Shown: in pieces, positions 12,460 through 25,428 of the stretch
Position numbering within the stretch: position 1 is the first letter of the stretch
Layout of the letters: every line of letters begins with the position of its first letter
Notes under the pieces: generated by a model
Database searches by the model: none
Seen by the model: only the letters and a program-made list of their open reading frames with translations
What the model was told of the DNA's origin: nothing
Translations under genes and position numbers: made by a program
NCBI RefSeq assembly: GCF_035594765.1
Contig: NC_085841.1
Coordinates: 261,856,525 to 261,920,524 of the forward strand
DNA from: Anolis carolinensis
Lineage: Eukaryota
Direction: 5' to 3'
Length of the DNA stretch: 64,000 nt

Positions 12460-13420
12460 ATGTATGTAATTCTGTGATCTAGTCGATAAAAATGAAAAGA
12501 AAAGCCTGGCTGCTCCTCACTATTATTTGAGTGCAACCACTCTAAAAGACACAGGCCTGATTGAAATTATTGTCACATGCTAGAATAAAATTGATAAGAA
12601 ATGTACTTCATTGTTATTGAATGAAAGACTGAATAATCCTTTTGTCAGGTAGTAATGCACCCAGGTGCTTACCTCGGGCTGGTATGAGAACTGGGTCAAG
12701 GCCATCCCTTCTGTCAGAATTCATGAAGATGGTGCCAGTTATTATGCTCAGAAAGCTCACATAGGAGTCATAGTACCAAGACACAATCCTTTGCTCAGGG
12801 CAAGAAAGATGGGCAGGAACTGTTGGCAGACGGAGTAGGTGTCAAGTTAAGTGTGGGCAGTAGGGAGAGAGGGATAGGACATCCTTCAGAAAAGACAAGC
12901 AAAGGCAGTCAGAGATATCTTAGTCTTAGCATGGTCAAGAAAAAATTACAAAAGACTTCTATCCATTTAGAATACCAGGCTGCAAGCCAGTCACAAAGAA
13001 AGATCAATTGCCAATGCTAGTATTTTCGTGATGGTATTATTGATATCTCAGGGTATACACCTACAATCCCTATAGCCTTCTGACCTAATAGCTAGCTACC
13101 AAGAACTGTGACATGCCCAAGGATGAACCCTGAAATCTGGTTTCTTGAAAACCTTGAAAATCTATGTCAAAGTTTAGTGCTACTTAGCTTTGGGGGAGAT
13201 GGCAAGCATTGGCTCTCCCTGCTAGCTTTCAGAACATTAACTATAAACCCCCACTGGTTATGTCAATAACACCCTAAAAGATGACAAGACAAACTTTGTG
13301 TTTGTGACACAAGAGTTATGTTAACGTCGATTTTATGGGAATATCTGAGTTGAGGATTTGTAGTTGACAAAAGTGGACATGTGAGGGTTGATAGATGCTT
13401 ATCTGCCTGAGGGAAAGAAG

Positions 13421-13800
13421 ATTTATCGTGTCAAAAGGAAATTGGGAATACAAATATAATGTATAGAAAAACCACAAAGTTGAAAAATTGACATTATACT
13501 AAATTTCCTTTAACCGGTAGCTGGCCACTTGGAGTGCCTTTGGTGTTGCTATAAGAAGGTCCCTGTTGTGCATGTGGCAGGGCTCAGACTGCATTGTAAT
13601 AGGTGGTCTGTGGTTTGCTCTTCTCCACATTTGCATGTAGTGGACTCCACTTTGTAAACCAATTTATTAAGATTGGTTCTGCATCTCGTGGTGCTGGAAT
13701 GCAGTTTGTTCAGTGCCTTCCAGGTCTCCCAGTCTTCTGTGTGCCCTGGGTGGAGTTTCTCATCTGGGATCAGCACTGATTAAGATCCAGGTTTTAACAT
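13421..13800 (-). mobile_element. Vingi/Ingi-like LINE 3' fragment
   Basis: ORF 13549-13776 encodes WKALNKLHS..CKCGEEQTTDHLLQC (C-terminal zinc finger). The 3' end reads tgacacgataaat. Confidence 0.75.
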
Positions 13801-14546
13801 ATAGGACTGAAATGAACTGACAACTGATTTTTACTTTAACATTGGTGATAGGATAAGGTCCTCCAACACTCTTGAAGCTTGTAGTTTAATTAGGCAAGGG
13901 TGGGATTCATATGGCCCTAAGACGATGTCAAAATTCAGCTCCCAAGGGCTGCTGGAAGATTCTACCATCTGGAGGGCTACACAATTTCCACCCCGGTTTA
14001 GGGAATGCTGTGTGTAAAACACAGTTCAGTCCTCCTCCAACAGAAAGGAATGGCTGGAGAGGTAATGCTGGCTCTATTTTCCCCATGCCACAACCATCTG
14101 CTGCATGAGGCACATATCCCATTAGACTGAATGGTTGGGCCAGTCCTGGAGTCTCCAGAATTGTTTGAAACCTGGATTCTGGGATATATGAGTTGTTAAA
14201 AGCGCAAGTGTATAAATCAAGGGGACTATAAGTTTGGGATCGATGGCTTCTATATGTCAGAGTGGAGGGGAATCTACTTTGTTTTTGCTCTGAATTTCAA
14301 GGGAGCTATCCAGGTGCCCTGATTGGTTCAGCACCATTTTGAAATTCTTTTAAAGTTCACAGTAAACTCAAAGTGGATTGAATGCTCATGGCACAGACTA
14401 CTAGAGCACTATGCAAAGTGTTTATTAACTCAGCATCTTTGTGGTCTCCACAACGATTGGGTCAATGTTCTATGTTAAAATTGTAATTGTTACTGCCGTT
14501 GTACTTGTAATTGGGCTTTTCAAGTCTCTCTGAACATGTTATCTAA

Positions 14547-14600
<54 letters not shown>

Positions 14601-14985
14601 TTATTTATACCCCGCCACCATCTCTCCGTGGGGACTCGGAGCGGCTCACAACGTTACAAAAGTAACAGTGCAAATACATTAACAATATACACAGTTTAAA
14701 ACACAAGAAGATGATAAAACAGAAGTTAAAACAAAGGTTTATACAACAGTAATAATATCAAACAACCACCAATGCAATTCAGTCAACTTCAAAGGTGTGT
14801 GTGTGTGTGGGGGGGGGGGGGGGACTATAGCAGCAATATAAGATAAAATCATTAGATTAAAATACCCCAATGAAAGGAACCTAATAACATTCAGAATAGA
14901 ATTATAATGAGGCTGGTCATCCAATAGCTGTCTCTCCAAAGGCCAGCCCAAACATCCAGGTTTTCAATTGTTTCTTAAAACCTCA
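14547..14985 (-). mobile_element. L2-type LINE 3' end with (AAT)n tail
   Basis: (AAT)n at 14547-14599 next to tttataccccgccaccatctctccgtggggactcggagcggctcaca, a typical L2 terminal stem-loop. Confidence 0.65.
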
Positions 14986-17532
14986 CAAACTGCTGCCACA
15001 TATGCTATATATTCTGCACATATACCAAAAATTTTGGATACCTGTGCATCAGACAAAATGGGTAATAGTCCATGAAAGCTCATCTTTCCCCCCCTTCTTT
15101 ATGGTGCCACAACGCTGTTTGCTTGCTTGTTTTTCTTTTGGGGGGGAGGGTTGCTGAAACCTTTTGCTAACCTTTTAGTACAGTACTTTCTATTGTTTAA
15201 GATGAATTAAACTATTTCTCCATTCCTATTTCAGGAGGAACGTTGATGTGAGAACGATTCTGAAGTTCTCACAGTTGTAATTAACACACTAAAAGGTATG
15301 GCTTGCCATAAAAGTATTCTGTCATAATGAAGCAACTAAACAATTTAATGCTGAAATTAGTGGTGCACACTCTCTTATCTTACCAGCCTCAATAATAAAA
15401 TTGCAGCACACAGTAAATCAACATGAAGCCTTTTTAAAGCAAAAAGCAAACCGAGAAAACATCCACACAAAATAAACTGCTGTTTTTTAATGCCCATTTT
15501 CAAATGCTAGTTTTGCCTCAAACCCACACCTTGATTTTCTGTTGTTAAGAGGTTATGTTTTAACATGAAATCCATCTGTCGTTTGTTGTAAAACATCAAA
15601 TTACACTGCCACACTGAGGATTATTTAAACAACCCCAGTAAGTAGGTCACTCGGTAATTTACTCTTGGTTTATTAGGAGGCTGCTAAAGGAAAGAAGTGT
15701 TGCTGCCATACTTGCTAGAGAACAGCTGGAGCTGCATTGATGGAGAGGGGGAGAGAAAGAGACAGCAATGCTGTAAATGGTCGTGAAAAGATCCTGGTTT
15801 GTCAACAAAGGACCTGAAGGAAAATACGGGAAAGTATCTTTTTCCCTTTTCCTTATTTCATCTTCTTGAATGTATGCATTGGACAAAGAGGGTCAAAGCC
15901 TTTGCGAGAGCTGCTTTAGATAAGGCATTGGCTAGAAGACTGCTATGAACAGCCCTATACAATCCAGATCATGAATCAAATGACTTATTTGAACTTGATT
16001 GTTTTATGTACTGAGGTACCTGTTTAGGATTCAAGTGGAGGAGATTTGAGTCCCCCCCCCCTTAAAGAAAGAGGGCTCATTAAGTCACAGTTTTGACATC
16101 CAAAAAAGCAGGATGATTAATTCCTCCTTGTTAAACCAGTACATTCCCTTGGGGCCAGACCTTGGGAACCTCTCCTTGTGAAGTAATCTCCAATTTCCTA
16201 GTAGTTACCCTGGAAAATCCCTTCTGGTTCTCAGCTGTACTGTAGGCATTTTAAAGAGGCAGTCTATTGATTCAGGAATATTGTTTGACAGAAGTGAGGG
16301 ATCACATTCTCAAATGGATAGGTTTTCTATGGTAGGGAAAAAGGGAAAAAGCAAATTCCAGGGGAAAAAATTAAACAAGAACAATCCAGCGGAGTTTTCA
16401 GACGGAAGAGAAATTGCAATACAATGTTACATCTCTCCTCCTGCTTGTGTAGAAGATGTGCACATCAGGAGATGCCTACCTGATCAGAAGCTTCAAATAT
16501 AACAAGGCAAGAAAAAATGTTGTTGCTTTAGAGAAATAGAGTAGATGCTTGACTGACAAACTAGTTCAGGTGGTGAGACTATAAGTAATGCAAACCATTA
16601 TGCAAAGCAGGGATATGCAACTGTGGAGAGAGCAGGGTCCATTTCTCTCCCAGCAGGCAGTAATACATTTCGGGCATCAGAAGGGACATAATGTCATGTC
16701 CAACCACCATTTTTTCTGATTTGGACGTATTTTTCTATTTGGTGGCACTAGGGGTAGCAAGTCCCCACAATTGTGGGTGGTTGTAGTCACCCATTCAAAT
16801 ACCAGTTTGCAGATGAGAAACCAGACGCATAGGCAAAATCCACCCTACAAAGATTAACTGTTTGAGGGGGGGTCCACATTTAGACATTCCAAGGACCACA
16901 CAGAGCCCATAAGTTGCACTTTGTGTATCCCTATTGTAAAGTATAGTATAGTTATTCAAGTGCTGCCATGGGACCTGTGCTGGAGACCCTTTTCTCAGTC
17001 CCTCTACCTTCTCAGTCAGGATAGCTGGAAACAAAGCCTTCTTAGTGCAGCTCCCAGACTTGGACCTCTTTCCCTAAGGTGGCTAGAATAGCTTCCTCCT
17101 TGCTCTCTTTCCACCATGAAGTAAAAGCCTTCCTAATTCAATAGGCTTTGAATAAGTTTTGTTAATTTATTTTTTAAACTCATCTTTTAATAAATGTTTT
17201 TCAATTCCATAGATTGTTTAACTGATTTTAAAATTATTCTTACATAAACAATCTTATAAACATATGTAACAATCTTTGCATTTTTAGTTTCTTCTGGTTT
17301 TAATTTTATATAAGCTCCCAATAATGGAGAAAAGCCAGGGTGTGAATGAATATAACAAGGTCAACACAGAAGATCCTGAGCATTAAATTTACTGCATGAC
17401 TTTGGGCCAGCTCCTTTCTTTTCACATTACCAGCCTTCCAGGATTGTTGTGAATGTAAACTGAGGTAAGATGGGAACCATGTATGTTACCTTGAGCTTGT
17501 TGGTGGGAAAGAAAGTATAAATGTAACCAAAT

Positions 17533-17745
17533 ACCTCAAAGAGATCAGATCCTATCCAATCTTAGAAGCGATGACTAGTATTTGGATGGGTATCTGCCAA
17601 TAAATGCCAGGTGCTGGAGTTTATATTTCAGAGGAAGGAACTGGCAAATCTATTTCTGAATATTACTTGCCTAAGAAAAACCTAAGAAATTATTGGGATC
17701 ACCATAAATTGACAGGTGACTTTGAACACACGTACGCACACAGTA
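17533..17745 (+). mobile_element. 5S rRNA-derived SINE (SINE3-like) with RTE-type tail
   Basis: Head tagtatttggatggg..ccaggtgctg resembles the 5S rRNA box C region. Homologous to 42835-43052. Confidence 0.7.
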
Positions 17746-18245
17746 AATAACTAACCTAGCATTTACATTTTTCTAGCACCATGACAATGACAATGGCAAC
17801 TTGTTTTCCTTCTATTTATATATACTCTGCTTTTCTTCATTGGTTGAGACCCAAAGCAACTCACAACCTTAAAAACAGTGCAATCTAAAGCCTACAAAAT
17901 GTAAGTATTAAAATAGAATTAAACATGCATTTATTAAACAAGTCTGTTAACACTGCATTAAATAAATAAAAATTGTTAAAATAATTAAAACATCATTCAG
18001 CACCTCTTAGCTCTTTCTTTAAAACTTTCTGCTTTGAAAGCCTGTCTGAATAAAACAGTTTGTATTCTTCCCACACAGTGACCAACCTGATAGTCTAATC
18101 ATCTATGGCATAGCTTGTGTAGCTGAATTTCACATCAATGGGAATTATGCACATCTGACATCTGGCAGATTGAAGATTAAGAGGGGTAAATATTGGCAAT
18201 AGTGACTAGAATTGACAACAAAATCCACCATGGATTAAGGAGGTA

Positions 18246-18568
18246 CAGTAGAGTCTCACTAATCCAAGCCTCACTTATCCAAGTCTCTGGATAATCCAAG
18301 CCATTTTTGTAGTCAATGTTTTCAATATATCATGATATTTTGGTGCTAAATTCGTAAATACAGTAATTACAACATAACATTACTGCATATTGAACTACTT
18401 TTTCTGTCAAATTTGTTGTAAAACATGATGTTTTGGTGCTTAACTTGTAAAATCATAACCTAATTTGATGTTTAATAGGCTTTTCCTTAATCCCTCCTTA
18501 TTATCCAACATATTCACTTATCCAAGCTTCTGCCGGCCCGTTTAGCTTGGATAAGTGAGACTCTACTG
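18246..18568. mobile_element. Tc1/mariner MITE, copy 2
   Basis: TIR CAGTAGAGTCTCACT, TA TSD. Confidence 0.9.
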
Positions 18569-20941
18569 TACTAGATTTTCTGATGGAATTTGTTTGATTC
18601 CAGACCAAGGCTGATTCTACACAGACACTATAATGCAATTTGGAGGTGATTAAAATGAACCAGTTTCACTGTTCAGCACCTATACAAACACTCCAGGGAC
18701 CAGTTCAAGGCTGTGAAGGTGGCCATAATATCTGCTAAATGCAAATCAGAACCAGATCCAGGAACTACAGTATCCATGACTAGACAGCCTCTGGAAATGT
18801 TTTTTTTTCTTTTTACCTAGGCTGCTGAGATGCACTGATGCATATGCATCTCTGTTCATTCGGGATCAGTGCTGGACCATGGCAGAGCATAAGAAATGAG
18901 CACAAAGGGTCAGAAAGTGAGAGCTCCCGTGGGAATGATGTTGTTTCCTCTCCAGAGAAGCAATTGTATACCTTTCAGCCAGCTATGATTCCACATTTTT
19001 TTCCCAAGTGCTTCAGCACTAGTGGTCTCCTAATAAGCACTTCATGTTTTTCGGTCTGATTTGCTGCAGAGCATGTTTTGGCTTATTCTGGGCTTTGTGG
19101 TGTGTTTTTAATGAGATGTTTCTGGCTTGATGTGTGCTACAGCACATATTGGAATTGTGTGTTTTATGGACACTCTACCCTAGGGTCAGCTTCAATTTGT
19201 ATTATAATGTCTGTGTGGAAGCAGCCTCAATGGTTCATGCAGCAGAGTAGAAAGGACCACCCGTTCTGGAAATTTACAGAGAAAGGTAGCATATTCCTAT
19301 GGAAAATACTGCTTTACTTTTGCAAACTGCCTTACAATGGTGAGTGCAAACAGTGTGGTTTGACTACCTGCTACTTTCTTCCCCACCAGTGCAGTACTAT
19401 GCAACTATTTGTCATTGTTAGTACCACCACTCCCTTTCTCTTTATTCCTTAGTCTTTCAACAGTGACTCTATTTTAAATGCCATGATTCCATCTTATGCA
19501 AACCTGGGATTTGCAGTTTAGGGAGAGGCATTTAGAATTCTTAACCAGAGATCTCTAATGCCTCTAACTAGGATTCCATAAGATGCTTCTATGGCAATTA
19601 AATTGCAGTCATGGTGCTGTAATTATGTTGTGTGAAAGGCTCCAATCTTGAAACACTGTGTGTGCATTAAAGATATTAAAGATGAAATCTCCTTCGTCCT
19701 CATGTGTACTACCTGCTTTATACAGACAGATTCCTATGTGTGTCTAAAATATTTTTAAAATGCTTCCCAGAAAAAGAATAGATGAATGATCAACAAATCA
19801 CAGATAGGAAGACTATAAAGTATATAAAGCAATACCGCTGGCACCGAAGAGAGGAAGGAGATGGTTGTGGTGATGATGGATAATGACAAAAAGATGCAAA
19901 TAAGGGAGAAGGGAGAACATTAGGAAGTAGATTTCTGCATATAAGTAGAAAAATGCATATAATTTTGCATATTAGTTGTGAACCAAATCTGATGATGAGC
20001 GAAAAACATCCGAGAAGATTGCTCAGTGGATGGCACAGTGATGAGAGTACCTGAACTGCCCAAACACCTGCAGGGTGGATTATATGGAATTCATGCATCC
20101 CTAATGGTGATACTTGTATTCTGTAGCTACATCTAATTTGGATTACTGTGATGTACTCAGCATGCACCTCATTTTGAAAAGAGTTCTGCTACTTTAGCGG
20201 GTATGGGAAACAACATCCACACTGTTAATGGAGCTGGTCCAGAAACCTGTCTGCTGTTTCTGTTGTTGTTATATTTATTTCACAGTTGAAGGTAGCTGAC
20301 AAAGATCACAGCAGATGTAACTTTCAATGCCTTGTCACACCAATGATAAAAATGTTATTAAAGTCTCAAAAAACTGAAGCCAAATAAAAGACAAAAATAG
20401 ACAATCCAGGATATTATGTAAGGCCCATAGTAAGGATGGTGTCAGTCTAACCACTCTGGGAAAGGACTTCCAGATCCTGGGAGCAGTCACCAACACCTTC
20501 CAAGATTGATCTGATAGAAGCTACTTAAAAGATTTTCTAAGTGTCCCTTCCCCCTGCTCCAACACCTTCCATGGTCCATCTGATAGAAGCTACATAGAGG
20601 ATCTTCTAGGGACCTCTTCACACACGCCACCAGAATCGCGCAATATCACAGAGAATTGTGGTGATTTCGGTGGTGCCTGCCCAGGGGGTGTGGGAACCTG
20701 TTGCATTGCACCCCGCGCCATTCTGGCTTCCCTGCTACCTCATCAATCTTAGGAATCCTTCTTCCTACCCCAACACCTTCCAAGGTCTTCCACTGAGATG
20801 AATCTGTGAGAGTGGTGGGAAAGAAAGAAGAGTTGCCCCAGAAGATCTCAAAAAATGAGCTGGTCATTTGGGAGGAGAAGATCCTTTGGATAACATGGTC
20901 TGGGCCATTTATAGGTCATTATTGGTACTTTAAATGAGAAA

Positions 20942-21037
20942 AATAGAATCATAGAGTTGGCAGAGACCACAAGGGCCATCCAGTCCAACCCCCTGCCATA
21001 TAAGAACACACAATCAAAGCACATAGAATCATAGAAT
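20942..21037 (-). mobile_element. CR1 3' UTR fragment
   Basis: Reverse complement of the CR1 terminal hairpin and (ATTCTATG)n seen at 57400-57490. Confidence 0.75.
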
Positions 21038-21059
21038 TATACTGCTGGAATTGTGTCTG

Positions 21060-21500
21060 GAACAAAGTGCTAACCAATGGCACTGTTGTAACAAGGAATG
21101 TGTGTCCTCCCTATAGCCAGCCTAAGCTAACAATCTGACTGCAGCTTTTTGAAGCAACTGAACTTTCTGAACATACTTCAATGACAACCCCACATAGAGT
21201 ATACTATAGTAATCTAAACAGGATGTAACCACTGTCATGTATCACTGTGGCAACATCCAACATCTCAAGGAATGGGATTTGCTGGTGATCAAGCCTTAAC
21301 TGTTTAAAAGCACTCCCAGCCACCACTGAGGCCTGAGCTTCCACGTTCAAGCTTGAATCGAGGCACACCCCTAACTGTGAGCCTTAGATTTGAGAGATAG
21401 TGTAACCCCAGCACAGGCTAAATCCCTATTCCCTGTCCTGCCTTAAATTCTGATTGATCAGGGAACACCTCTCCTTGTCCTCACAGTTTGTTCACCCACA
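21060..21500 (-). mobile_element. Old L2-type LINE RT fragment
   Basis: Decayed ATVIH..VTSCLDYY motif (L2 consensus-like LVHALVTSRLDYCN). Confidence 0.5.
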
Positions 21501-22217
21501 CTTCATCCATTGATGACGACAGACATCATTTTAGGATTGAAACAGCATCCTTGGATTGAGGTGGAAAGGAGTAACAGAGTTAGGTGGCATTGGCTTATTG
21601 ATGGCATTGAACCCTAGAACATACTTCCAGGCACAATTCAAGATTCTGGGAATGGCGTACAACAGAAGTGGGCCATTTCCAGCCCCCATAAAGCCTCCCC
21701 ATTCCTCCTCCACATGCAGAAACAAATGACAGATGGCTTTTAGCACTACTAATTAATCACTGCTCTTTCCCTGTGAGCTACCCATGGAATTGAAATTGAT
21801 TCTCCACACTGTCAGGAGATACTGTGCATTTTATGGGAGCACATCCTAATAGTTCTCTGTACTCACTGCTGTCCTTAGTGCTCCTCTTCCATCTTTTTAA
21901 GAGACATGATTTTGACGTATCATGACTTATCTGACATCTGAATCAATGCCAACTCAGCACACACTCCCTATACCATTTTCAGTGAGTTCTATTTTTATTA
22001 TTTATTTTTTAAAGCAATGTTCAGACACTTCTCCAGCTTTTTATTAAAAGTTAAAATAGTATTAAAATACTACTTAAATCAGAGAGTGGTATAGTGCACA
22101 TGTACATATACACTCAGAGTTTTTGTACTGTCTGGTTCATGGAGTGTTGTGTGGTTTCCGGGCTGTCTGGTTTATGTTTATAACTTTACTTTGATAATTT
22201 ATTATTATATTACTGGT

Positions 22218-22422
22218 ATGACCAATATGGTGTAGAAGTCTGAGCACTGAACTAAGACTCAGGAAGACTAGGCTCAAATCATCACTCAGTCATGAGTGAA
22301 TCTTATGCAAATCACACTCTCACAGTCTCAGAGAAAGACAATGGCTGTATAAATCTTGCCAGAAAAAACCCATGATAAGGTTGCCATAAGTCAGAGTCAA
22401 CTGGAAGGCACACAACAACAAA
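22218..22422 (+). mobile_element. tRNA-headed SINE with RTE-type tail
   Basis: Same family as 8092. Tail gttgccataagtcagagtcaactggaaggcacacaacaac. Confidence 0.65.
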
Positions 22423-23774
22423 TGGAAAATATGAAAGAAGATATACTTGAAATTATAGCATAGAAGCTATAATTGAATTAATCTTTAAATTACAGTTTAG
22501 AGAAAATAATGCACGAATCTTGTTAGATGTAATCAAGCAATCATGCAAGCAAGGCATATCTCAAAATAAGCAGGTCTGATCTCATCAGTAATAGATGTTG
22601 ACCTGACCTCAGCTGTGTAAATAGCATTCTCCCCTTTCCAGAAAAGTGCAACTCAAGTTGCTTACAAATGAAATGTAATATAGTTTAAATATACAAAAGA
22701 ACATCAAAGTAGAATTAAAATATTATCATTTAACAACAATTTAAAATATAATGGCAATTCTTTAAAAGGCTACAATTCACAGAAGCCGGTTGAAATGAAA
22801 AGTCATTGCTGATGAAAGTATTGCAAGGAGGAGGCCATTTCCTCTTGGGGGGAAAAATTCAGAGTGTTGAACTGAGGAAACCTGTCTGGCATCCCCACCA
22901 CCTTATTATAACTGTGAAGTCAGTGAACTGAAAGAAAGGCCTCTCCTGAGAATCATAGGGCCTGGGAAAACTCATAGGTGGAAATATCTGTTGGATAGCC
23001 AGGACCTAAGCTGTACAGTATATGGCTTTATAGATCAGCACTTTGAATTGCCATGACCAATGGTCCTCTTCCAATATGAAAAACAAAACATCTGGAAGAC
23101 CATACCATTCCCTTCTCTTCATATGTGGCTTGATAGACTTGAGAACTGCTACTGATGTACTAGTCCTTATGAAGCAGATGGACTGTGAGCAGGTTATGAA
23201 AGCTGTAGAGTGTTATGGGAGCTTATAAGAGATGTGAATGTGTGATTTTCATGGGTCAATTGAGGCTATTCCACCCTTCCCAGCCTTCCCTTCCCTCTCT
23301 CCTTGGAAATACTGTCACTTCCTAGTGCACTCAGTCTAGCTCCCAATGACCAGCTAGTTTTCTAGTTGTTTAAAATGTGAAATGTTTCTTCAATCCTGCA
23401 CAAAGTAGCTGGCTGCTAAAATGATGGCATTGACTTTTTATGAATGAACTTTGGTGTAAAACATATTATATTGGCGGATTAAATGTTGGTCGATATTAAT
23501 AGCATTATTTAGCTCAGAGGCTATGTGCTTAGTTTTCTTCTTTTGTGTAAATAGAAAACTATATATTGTTCAATATTATATGGTTTCCTGTGTATGCCAT
23601 GCATATTGCCTTTCTGTCACATTGTTACCTGAACAACTGTAAACTATTTCCCAGACTTTCATATACAGCTAGATATTTTTTTCAAGCAAAAAACAATTGA
23701 GACAATATAATGTCCCAACAGATTTATAGCTCTTTGCCACTAATGTACTTTTTTGTCCTAGCTAAAGAGAGATA

Positions 23775-23965
23775 GGGTGGCATAGTGTTGCGATTGTGGG
23801 ACTAGCATTACTTGGAGATCAGAGTCTGAATCCCTCCTTGGTCATGGAAATCTGGCAACTGGGGGCCTTGAGCAAGTCACACTCTCACATTTTTAAAGAA
23901 AGGCAATGACAAACCTTCTCTGAATCTTGGCAAGAAAAACCCATGATAGCATCACCTTGAAGGCA
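23775..23965 (+). mobile_element. tRNA-headed SINE with RTE-type tail
   Basis: Same family as 8092 and 22218 (gaaaggcaatgacaaacc..cttggcaagaaaaacccatgat). Confidence 0.6.
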
Positions 23966-24228
23966 TTCATTCAGGGGCGATATTGGAATTCTCATGGTCA
24001 GACAATTTAAGAAATAGATATGTATCTAAATTGTTATCTCAGTTCTTACCTGAACTGTCAATACATTGGAATGCTGATGGGTCAAAAATACCCACCCCAG
24101 ATTCCCTTTTATCCTGGTATATGAGGATAAATTCTTTACCCCATGCTTACAATGTTTTGGGCAAGAACTTTAAATGTACTACACAGGTAAATGCCTGCAA
24201 CAGAACAATGTCCTGTTTTTGTTCTACA

Positions 24229-24229
24229 T

Positions 24230-24292
<63 letters not shown>
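24229..24292. repeat. (TA)n(TG)n microsatellite
   Basis: Directly visible. Confidence 0.95.
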
Positions 24293-24294
<2 letters not shown>

Positions 24295-25294
24295 TCATTT
24301 ATTCATTCATTCCTGAATAAGCATGTCTACAGTATGCACTAAGCTCTTGCCCTTTGCCACTTTACTCTGAGAAGGGATGGTTCCTTTTGTTAGGGGAGTG
24401 AAGGCACAGTACTCACCTTGACTGTGGATAAGTTGACCCTAGTTCTGGTGGTTGGTTTTTTTTGACTAAAATTCCTAGACATATACCTAAGTATATAGAG
24501 TAGTTGCAGAGCTCAATCAGAGGAACAAAAGAACAATGGAAGAAAGCATTCTTTGAAATACACTGTAATTCAGAGGACAGTAATGGAATGCTTCTTAATA
24601 AAATCAGAATTAAAAGTGAAGTGTTTCACATCACTGCAGAAGAATGGGCTGCTTTGTAGATTATAAATTCCAAAGGATATTCCTTTGTTTAGAAAGAGTA
24701 TACTGAGGCAGATGAAAAATAAGTGCATTATTAGATTCAATATTCAAGTTCAGCTGTAGCAGCTTTTGCAATAAGAAAAAAGAAACAATGCTGGAAAGGG
24801 AAGGTAAACTTCATTTCCTTTAAATTCTGCATACTCCAAATCAGAAGTTTATGCACCTCAACATGTGGTTCGTTTCAAACCTGATTCTAGAATAGAAATG
24901 GGAGTTGAACTGACTAACATTCAAGATGGAGAGTGCATATAATGCTGTTGATTTTCTTGGACCTCTCAGCAGCCTTTAATATCTCACTGGATAGCAGGGA
25001 TTAGAAAGTGCTGTTTTATACCCCATTTACAAATTTCTGGAGATCCTGGATCCTCTCTCCAGTCTTCAAGGTAAGGAGGAGAGATCTCAGGATAGGCGAT
25101 TTCTCCTACCTTGAAAGGCATTGTATGTGTATTGCCTTCATCAGATGTCATATTTTCAATTTGAATTACACACATTTTGGAACTGGTTGATGCCAAATCT
25201 ATCACATTTAATGACATTATTGCAGGCAATCACTCTTAACATTGCCATTGTAATGATATGCTCCCTTTGTCATCATTGATAGTTGGCTCTGGGT

Positions 25295-25428
25295 CAGTGG
25301 TTCTCAACCTGTGGGTCCAAGATGTTTTGGTCTTCAACTCCAGGAAATCCTAACAGCTGGTAAACTGGTTGGGATTTCTGGGAGTTGTAGGCCAAAACAC
25401 CTGGGGACCCATAGGTTGAGAACCACTA
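25295..25428. mobile_element. Short palindromic hAT MITE, copy 2
   Basis: Near-identical to 12325-12459. The TSD is degenerate. Confidence 0.85.

Noticed and set aside
12640-13000. Possible old Gypsy chromodomain or LTR remnant
   Set aside because: Only a vague ENWVKA similarity, with no termini or TSD.
19890-19985. Octamer ATGCAAAT plus tgcatat cluster as a POU enhancer
   Set aside because: It could equally be a decayed AT-rich DNA-transposon interior and lies next to an L2 remnant. The support is insufficient.
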